From: Rebecca billardiae RCC1528 | Taxonomy: Eukaryota > Protista > Haptophyta | DNA: 64,000 bases | Direction of reading: 5' to 3' | Assembly (NCBI GenBank): GCA_965240325.2 | Contig: OZ251249.1 | Span: 558,001-622,000, forward strand | The notes under the pieces: generated by a model | What the model was told of the DNA's origin: nothing | The model's database searches: none | What the model saw: the letters and a program-made list of their open reading frames with translations, nothing else | Shown: in pieces, positions 56,079-64,000 of the stretch | Position numbering within the stretch: position 1 is the stretch's first letter | Layout: each line of letters starts with the position of its first letter | Program-made: the position numbers and the translations under genes

Positions 56079-56538
56079 CGCCGGCGGAGCATCCCGGACA
56101 TGGCACCCGTCAGGGACCTGTGTGTCGACACTGGCGTGGATGCGGCCGACGGCATCGGCTCGGCACCGCGCCGGCTGATGTGCCACTCGGCGCGTCGCAG
56201 CTGCGCCGCCGCCGCTGCTCGCGGCGGCCGGCCCGGCTGAACGGCCCGCTGCCATCTGAGGCGATGTAGTGACTGGTGTGTCGCCGCGGGCGCCTGCGAC
56301 GCTTGGGCGGGGCCGGAGCCGCTGGAAGTGGCCAGAGCGACGATGCCGGGCTTCTGTGGAGTGTAATTATAAACGCGCTGCGGTCAAAGATTGACGAGGA
56401 ATAAGTGATGCGCATGATGAAGCTACATTTGTGACGATGACGATTGATGCGTAGTATTAAAATCGTAATCTGGCGCGCCTGCGCGCCTTTTTATTTCGGT
56501 CGCCTCGCTCGACGCTCGTCGGCCGCACGCGCGGCGCG

Positions 56539-58322
56539 ATGGCGGTCTCGTGGCTCACGTGGGCGGTGCTGCTCACGGCCGTCGGGCTCTTCATCGCGTG
56601 GATGCTGCGGCCGGACCCGTCGCTGCCGCCCCGCGTGCCCGCGGCCGACACCGACTACACGCGCAAGCCCGGCCTCTCCGGCCTGATGCCGCTGCACGCG
56701 CCCGCCACCGGCCTGCGATACGTTGTGATCGGGACAGGCAGCGTCGGCCTGCGCATGGTGGACGCGCTGCTCGAGCGCGGCGAGGCGCACGTGGTCGGTG
56801 TGGACGTGGCGCCGCCGCGGCGCATCCCGCCCGGCATGAAGTTCGTCCGCGCCTCCGCGACCGACTACGCCGCGGTGCGCGCCGCGCTCGACGGGGCGGA
56901 TGTCTGCTTTGCCACCTTTGCTCTCATCCGGCCGTGGGAGCGGCTCGCGTGCCTGTACGGGCCGAGCCACGCGGTGAACGTGGCGGGGACGGAGAACGTG
57001 GTGCGCGCGTGCGCCGACGCCGGCGTGCGCGTGCTCGTGCACACCTCCACCTCCAACGTCGCCGTCTCGCCGAAGCTGCCGATGCGGATGCTGCTGGACG
57101 AGAGCGCTCCGACCGTGGACGCCCGCACGACCGCCAACCACTACAGCTGGACGAAGGCGCAGGCGGAGCGCGCGGTGCTGCGCGCGAACGGGACGCCGCT
57201 GCCCGCGGGCAGAGGGCTGCTCGCCACCGGCTCCATCCGGCCGTGCTCGGGTGCGCGCGCGCGCGCGCGCCGCCTCGCGCGCGCGCTCGCGAGCCCGCGC
57301 GGTGCCTGTGCGCGCATGCGCGCTCGCTCGGCCGAATCGCTGGCTGCTGCCGGCGCGTGCGCGCGGCGCGACGCCCTCGCAGGGCTCTTCGGCCCGGAGG
57401 ACGTGAACCTGTGCGAGCGCTGGCTCAGCGCCGAGCACGCCTACGTCACCGCGGGCAACCAGGTGATCGACTGGGTGTACGTCGACGACGTGGTCTGGGG
57501 CCACCTGCTGCTCGAGAGATCGCTACTTCACAACCCGACGCGCGCCGGTGCGCGCGGCGCGCGGGCGGAGCGCGGCGCGCGGAGGGCTGCGTGCGCGAGT
57601 GCGCGCGGCGCGAAGGGTTGCGCGCGCGAGTGCGCGTGGCGCGGACGGTTGCGCACGGGACTGCGCGGGGCGAAGGGTTGCGCGCGGGAGTGCGCGCGCG
57701 CGTGGTGCGAGCGGCGGCGTGGCGCGCACACGGCGTGCCACGCTCGCTCCGCTGACCGCCTGCCGCATGCCCACGCGCCGCGTCGGCGCGCGTCCGTGCA
57801 GGCGGCGAGGCTTTCTGCATCTCGCACGACGAGCCGCTCGCGTTCGTGCACCTGCTGCAGTCGGTCAAGTACTTCCACGAGCGAGTGCGCGCGCGTGCGG
57901 CCGAGCGCCTGCCCACGGGGGCGGCAGCGGCGCACTCGGCTGTCGGGCTGACGCGCAGCGCGCCGCCGCCGCGCGCCGCGCGCCGCGCGCGCATCCACGC
58001 ACAGATGACGCAGCGGCCGATGACCGTCGGCGCGCTCCCGCCGCACGCGATGGACGTGCTCTCGTTCTTCGTCGAGCTCGTGACCTGGCTGCGCGGGCGC
58101 ACGATCCACGCGGACGTCGGCAAGCTCACCGCGCCCATGCTCGCGATTACCCGCCTCTCCTACAGCTTCTCGACGGAAAAGGCGCGGAAGCTTCTGGGCT
58201 TCCGGCCGCTGTACTCGGTGGACGAGGCGGTGCAGCGGACGGTGGCGATGTACCTGCGCAGCCAGCGGCGTGCGGCGGGGGCAAAGGACGGGCAAGGGAG
58301 CGCGTGGAACGGTATGCACTGA
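56539..58322 (+). CDS. 3-beta-hydroxysteroid dehydrogenase / sterol-4-alpha-carboxylate dehydrogenase (NSDHL/ERG26-like) extended SDR
   Basis: N-terminal TM, VVIGTGSVG, VNVAGTENVVRAC, LVHTSTSNV, YSWTKAQAE, DWVYVDDVVWGHLL, GEAFCISHDEP, FSTEKARKLLGFRP; introns 57251-57382, 57548-57801 and 57885-58004. Confidence 0.88.
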
Positions 58323-58588
58323 TGCGCCGCGCTCGCAGCGCGGCTCGCTCGACGAGGACGTCGACGGCGCGCGTGCTGTGGTCGTGGCATGCGCACGCGC
58401 CGGTGCGCCCAGGGTCGTCGATGACCATCAAAAAACAGGCGCACCCAGGAATCGGAAATGAAAAAGTGACAACGAATAAAAAAGCAGACTGCCGCGCATC
58501 GATGGCATCTTGCCGCGCCGCCCGGACCGGCTGGCAGGTGGGACGCTCGCATCTTGCCAGGCGCCGCCCCGCGCCCACATTGCCCGCG

Positions 58589-58795
58589 ATGGAGAGCGCG
58601 CCGGCAATCATGAGCCGGCTGCGCTGGTGGTTCTCGGCGAAGAACCTGGTGGCGCTCGCGCTGGTGGTCGTCATGATCGCCGTCAGCCTCAAGACGCGCG
58701 GGCCGCAGGTGCACGGCCACATCTGCTTCTTCGCCGCGGAGACGTGCGAGGCGGCCGCGCACGCGCGGCGGGTGCAGCCAGACTCGGGCGACGAC

Positions 58796-58841
<46 letters not shown>

Positions 58842-60106
58842 AGCGCGAGGCCGAGGCGCACGTGTGCGCGATGCGCGACCTGCTCAAGCTGATCGCGTGC
58901 AAGTCGGGCAAGTTTGACGACGCGTGCTGCAAAGGCTACCGCCACTTCCTGCGCGCCAACTGCGTCTGTGCGTATGAGGCGTGGCCGCGGCACTACGTGG
59001 GCGACGACATGACGCCGATGATCTGGGCGCAGAACGTGATGCAGTGCAACGTCTCCTACGCCCAGGTCGCCTACTCCTCGCCGTGCCTGCAGCAGCCCAG
59101 CCGCACGTGCCCGGAGGACGCGACGGACGGCGACGTCAGCCTGTCAGCTCATCCGCGCGGTGCGCGCGTGCGCGCGGCGGCGCGCGCGCGCGGAGGCAGG
59201 GCGAGCGAGCAGGCCATGCGCGCGCACGCGCGTGTCGCTCACGCGCGCGCGCCACGCGCCCCGCCTCGCGCGCGTGCAGGCCTCCTGCTCCTCCGGCGCG
59301 ACGGCGAGTGGGGCCGCGTGCGCGGCATCGGGCTGTCGCAGCCGATCGCGGACAGCAGCTGTCAGGCCCTGGGGTACGCGCGCGCGAAGAGCTTCACGAG
59401 CTCGAGCGCGGTCGCCGCGACGTACGAGACGATGCCCAACGACCAAGGCGATGGCGACGACGACCCCATCGGCGAGACCGACGAGGAGTCCGGCGCCGAC
59501 CTCGCGCTCGGCGTGCCCGCGCGCGTGCACCTGCTGCAGTGTGACGACAACGATGAGGACCTTGACCGCTGCTCAAGGCTGGCGGACAATCGGCCGCTCG
59601 GCGGGATGTCGCTGGGGTGGAGCGGGCGGCGGCTGCGGGCGGGGCGCGCGGGGAGGGCGGCGCCCGCGCGCGGGAGGAGGGCGCAGGACGACCACGACGA
59701 GGACGACGCCGCGCTGGCTGCCGCCGACGCCGAGGCCGGGACGGACCCGGACAGGCGGCTGACGCACGCCGAGCGAGTCGAGCGGCGACACGCCGACGCG
59801 GCGGAGGCGGAGGCGGAGGCGGAGGCGGAGGGCACGCGGCGGAGCAGGCGACAGGAGGAGGAGCGCAAGGCCGAGGCGGCCGAGGCGGGCGCGGACGCGC
59901 CGGGCGCGGACGCGGGCGCGGACGCGCCGGGCGACGGCGCGTGGGTGCTCGAGTGCACGCGCGCACTGCCGGACGACCCGGAAGGCGCCAAGCTGCCCGG
60001 GCCGCAGGCGTGCTGGCAGAGCCGTGAGGACACCACCGACTGCAGCGGCGAGGTGACGAGCGCGAGCGTGGCGTGCGGCACGGCGGGCGCTGTCGAGGAG
60101 TCGTGA
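58589..60106 (+). CDS. Signal/anchor-bearing Cys-rich protein with a scavenger-receptor Cys-rich (SRCR)-like domain
   Basis: Hydrophobic LVALALVVVMIAVSL, then DGDVSL...GLLLLRRDGEWGRV...ADSSCQALGY...LQCDDNDEDLDRC...DC...ASVAC with SRCR-like spacing and a charged insertion; intron 59160-59279. Confidence 0.6.
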
Positions 60107-60587
60107 GCGCGCGCGCGCACGTCGCTCGGGCCCGGCTGGCCTGCTCGCCGCACGGACGATCCGAGGCTGCTCGTTGCGGCGCCGCCGCGCCGGCTGGGGC
60201 CCACCGGCGCCCGCTGGTCCCGCCGACTGCACGGCTGCCAGCGCGCATCTGCACTGCGCTGCGCGGCCGCGACAGCCGCGCGGTCGCCTCGCGCTGGTGC
60301 GGCGGACGATGCGAGCTTTCGGCCGCACGCATTGGCGGCGTAAATCCGGATCTACGCCGCCCGCGCGCGGTCTGCGATCACGTCGCGACCACTGGCGCGC
60401 GCAACCATTCATCAGTCCATTCGTCATCGCGACGACGTGCGCGGGTCCGATCACATGACGAGTCCGCCCGCGCGTCTGTCTGATGGCGCCATGTGACACT
60501 GTAGCCAGCATCAGCTGCAGCAGTTATTATTATATTTAGACACTCGCCGGGCGCCGTGCCAGCAGCTCTGGCAGCTGCCTGCCACTG

Positions 60588-62540
60588 TAGGTGGGTCCCT
60601 CCCAACTGGGGCGATATTCTGGCGCACTCAGAATGGCGTCCTAGATTTCGTCTCTCACCCAGAATCGACGCTATAAATGCGTCCCATCGGGGCGGAGCAA
60701 AAGTTTCGACCTCAAATCCTACTCCGCGTGCCGTCGCGCGGCCGAGCGCGCGCGCCGTGCCACTAGTGTCACATAGAGATTTTGCGAAGCGTTACTTGAT
60801 GGTTATGGTGGCTAGATGGCGACATGCGATCGGAATGACTTATTGGCAACCGTTGACACCCGACCGAACCATTTTATGAAGCAAAGAGTGGGGCTCTATG
60901 CTGTGCGCGGATACCTCCAACAAACTACAGCAAGATCGAGCAGATTACCCACTTTGTATATAGCCAATTACCCGTATATATATAGCGAAGGTTACCCACT
61001 TTATGTTGACCATGGATGTGGCTCACTATATATTCAAATTCGTTCCGATATGTGGGTACGTTTGTTGGGTCATCGAATAGGCGCCGAGCGACGCGGACAC
61101 AGGCAAACCGGGCCGCAACGGGACTGCCTGCGAGTGGCAGTGTTTGTGGCGGGCTGCGTGCCGAGGCACGCATCATCGCCCGCCACCGAGCATGTCACCG
61201 TCGTCACACGGGAGCCCTCCGCCGTCGAGGCTGGACTATCAGCCAACGCCACCGCCGGAGCTTGCCGCGCTCGGCGGCTTCCGTGCTCGTACTCAGCGTG
61301 TCACCGGTCGTCGTATGCCCACCCGCGTGAGGCCGCCACCAGTCCACGACTACCGCAGCTGCAGCCCATGCCGTGGACGATACCTCCTACAATCTTCTTG
61401 CCAGGCAGCAATACGATAGGTTCACCGACGCTGCTGCTAGGCTGAGAGCACTCAGCCAGTTGGCCGGCGAGACGTCAGATGGTTGAGCTGCTGGCCTAGC
61501 CATCACGTTGCGGCTTCCGCTCGCTCAAGTACACCCAACGTGACGACGAGAACGTGCCGGGCAATCATCAGACATGCGTCTGAGGGGTCTACCACGCCTA
61601 GCCGTAGATTTGCTGAGTACGAGTCTTCGCAGATAACAAGCGGAACGAGTGGGACCACCCGATGGCAGGAGCAACAGCGTGGGGTGGCACCCGCGCCTGT
61701 CAACGCGACCGAGTTCTGTCAAGAATGGACCCATATCCTGCGACCACGCTCGAGCACCGCATATTATGCCCACACTCGGCATAGGGAAGGATCGCTGAGC
61801 GCCTGCTGCCGCTGTCAAAGGCTCTGCTGATCTTCCTGGCGCTTGATCGTGCACACGGATGGCAAGTCAGCGTGCTCGATGCACATCGCGGCGGCTTCTT
61901 AGCATCCCAAGTCCTCAGTGCACCCATCCCAGGCCTGCTGGTCAATTATTGGTACCAACCCCCACCAAACACGCCCTCTCGGAAGTCGCCAATCGCTCAC
62001 ATGGCTCCCCGAGAGCCCGGGGCTGGCTGTCGTGCGTTCTCACGAGCAGCTTGCGCGCAGCCCAATTGTCACCTTCACGGTGCGTAGAGCTGCTCAAGAT
62101 GGCGGGAGCGTCAAGAGTATGCACATGCCTGATGGTGACCCATGCCTCCCGTCGCCTGACCCGCTTGTAGCGAAAAGTGACCCTGCTCGAAGGCACGGGT
62201 CGAACACCTGCCGATCGATTCAAGTTGTCTGTACGCGTCTAGCCGGGCGAGAGTCAAACATGCCGGCCCGTGCCAGGCGGGGGATGTGTGACCACGGATC
62301 CCATCCGTGAGCACGCGCAAAGCGCTGGAGCGCGCGATAGGTGTTGGCAGTAGTCTACCCGACACACGGCGGCTCGGTCGCGCTGGAGAGGCGCTCCGAC
62401 ATCGTCGGGAGCGTTCAGATCGGGACCCCGGCCGGCGGCCCGGCGATTTTCCCGAGCCGCGCCCCGCGCGAAAAGAAATCCGGCCATAAAACCCGGTAAA
62501 TGTTTAAAAGACCGCTGGAAAATCGCCAGGGACCCACCTA
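60588..62540. mobile_element. 1.95-kb non-autonomous TIR element with 3-bp CTG TSD (PIF/Harbinger-like)
   Basis: CTG|TAGGTGGGTCCCT (60588-60600)...AGGGACCCACCTA|CTG (62528-62540). Similarity continues as GGCGAT(A/T)TTC after a 9-bp indel; the interior has lower GC and no intact ORF. Confidence 0.75.
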
Positions 62541-62828
62541 CTGCCAGCAGCAGGCACTGCTTTAGTGCCGGCGCCGGGCGGCCGAGCAAGGTCACCGCCG
62601 CACCGCCGTAGGTAGGGCCGTTATTAGACGAGTCGTAGTATACCCGTCAGCCGTACCGCGTCGCCGTCATCGCCGTCTGCGTCACTACAGACACACCGTC
62701 ACACAGCCCGACAGGCTCACTCGGCGCCGTTATCCGGTTATGCCGCTGATCATCCGCCGTTATTATTATTGCGCGCTGCATCAGGCGGATGATATGATGT
62801 ATACGTACGTATATATATATATATATAT

Positions 62829-64000
62829 GAGCCGACGTCAGTTGTATTGCCGCTTTGGATAGTGTGGTCAGTTGTATTGCCAAAAGCACGTTATGACTAC
62901 CGTGGTCAGTTGTATTGCCGTTTTCAGTAGTATGGGTCAAGAATATTGCCGCTTTTGGATAGTGTGTCAACAATATTGCCCCTCAAATACTGGTTTCAAA
63001 CCAATGACCCTTTCACACGACTTGGTTCACGAATATTGCCGTTTTCGAGCTTGAACATAGTCTGCTCAGAAATATTGCCCTTTCCATAACTATGTGTCAG
63101 TTGTATTGCCGCCAGCAGCTGGTGGCTGGGGCACGACTCGCACTCAGACAAGAGACTCGCGCAGCCCGTGTGCGCGTGCGTGCAGAGCTGCGACTGCCTG
63201 CGCGCGGCATGCAGGATACGCGACTGCAACCAACCGACATGCCATCATCATGCGGCCTGCGTAGCTCATCTGGACTTCCAGTAGCAGTCGGCGCTTCCCG
63301 TCGCCGTCGCGCTTGCTGCCCGCCGGCGGCCGGCCGCCAGCGCCATCGGGACTGCTGCTACTTCAGCGGCCACGTGAGCCGCATCGCGTCCCATGCCGCT
63401 ACACGCGCCGCCTCAAGCTGCGACCGCGCTCGCCAAGCCTGCCACTCGGGTTCCAGCAGCAGCAGGAAGCGTCGCCTGCCCCTCCTGCTTGCTGGCTCGT
63501 CGAGGCGCGCGCGGCGCACCGCTCGCCGGTCGGTGCGTTGTGTCCCAGCTGGCAGTACGCCTTGGACTTCCTCCTCCACGGGCCAATCAGCCTGCGTTGA
63601 CGAGTGCGACTGGCGCACGGTCAGCCACCTGCACACGGTTGGCCACAGGGCAGTCTGCTATTGGAGTGATGACAATCGCAAAAAGGCACGCGCCAGCAGT
63701 GTTGCACGAGCGAGAGCGACGCGCGTTGGTTGATCGCCACGGTGTGAATGACAGTCGATGGCAGGGAGTGAGGGGGGCGCGCGTCGCGTTGGTCAAGCTC
63801 CTTGAGGCCGTTGAAGAGCACACGCCCGTCGTGCACGTTCGACTCCCGCGAATCGGGGCGCAGCAACACACGCTCACCCTGCTTCACGCATGCACCTGCA
63901 TGCGCTGCCGTCGCAATGTCATCGACTGCGCGCTTGACGGTCCCGGAGTCGAAGTGAGCACGGAGCAACGCCGATTCGATAGAAGTCGCGACGGATTCTC
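62829..64000 (-). mobile_element. Probable end of a Mutator-like element that continues beyond the window
   Basis: Starts after an (AT)n tract. TATTGCC occurs eight times (62845, 62875, 62913, 62944, 62974, 63034, 63073, 63104) at a ~30-bp period. The minus-strand FCDCHHSNSRLPCGQ (about 63640-63685) resembles a degenerate SWIM finger. Confidence 0.4.

Noticed and set aside
9154-60106. A coordinated danger-sensing island (TIR-like, MscS, P2X, SRCR)
   Set aside because: The genes are spread over 50 kb among unrelated genes, with no sequence evidence of co-regulation.
60800-62330. Fanzor/TnpB or transposase gene inside the TIR element
   Set aside because: No RuvC or DDE motifs recognisable in the ORF track or the frames I read; cannot be excluded without a profile search.
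62829-63112. Mini-CRISPR array
   Set aside because: The repeat is only 7-15 bp, spacers are short and partly similar to each other, and no cas genes are present.
1-64000. tRNA or rRNA genes
   Set aside because: None recognised by eye; tRNAscan-SE or Infernal would be needed to exclude them.

Overview
Very GC-rich eukaryotic nuclear DNA with short GC-rich spliceosomal introns (GTGCGC...GCGCAG). Composition, intron style and gene content suggest a haptophyte alga, possibly Pavlovales (inference only). Most ORFs in the track are GC-rich shadow frames. I can support about 16 protein-coding genes: the 3' part of a PIP kinase, a single-pass membrane protein, a TM + TIR-like protein, a TCP11-domain protein, two tandem receiver-like/cyclin fusion paralogues, two head-to-head MscS-like channels, a CDK with a PGTALRE motif, a large TPR/cNMP-domain protein, a multi-TM protein, a P2X-like receptor, a UBR-box/2OG-oxygenase-like protein, an MBOAT wax-synthase-like protein, a 3-beta-HSD/NSDHL-like enzyme and an SRCR-like protein. 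Intergenic space holds four elements bounded by terminal inverted repeats that I could read directly (1831-7342, 20974-21567, 32596-33448, 60588-62540), one Helentron-like candidate and one probable Mutator-like end. The two most unusual items are (i) a 5.5-kb element with 13-bp inverted ends and a 3-bp target duplication, carrying opposed TTTACA repeat arrays around a decayed primase (AEP + Zn finger)-like gene, and (ii) the duplicated receiver-like domain/cyclin fusions near a CDK. All domain calls come from motif recognition by eye, not from database searches.
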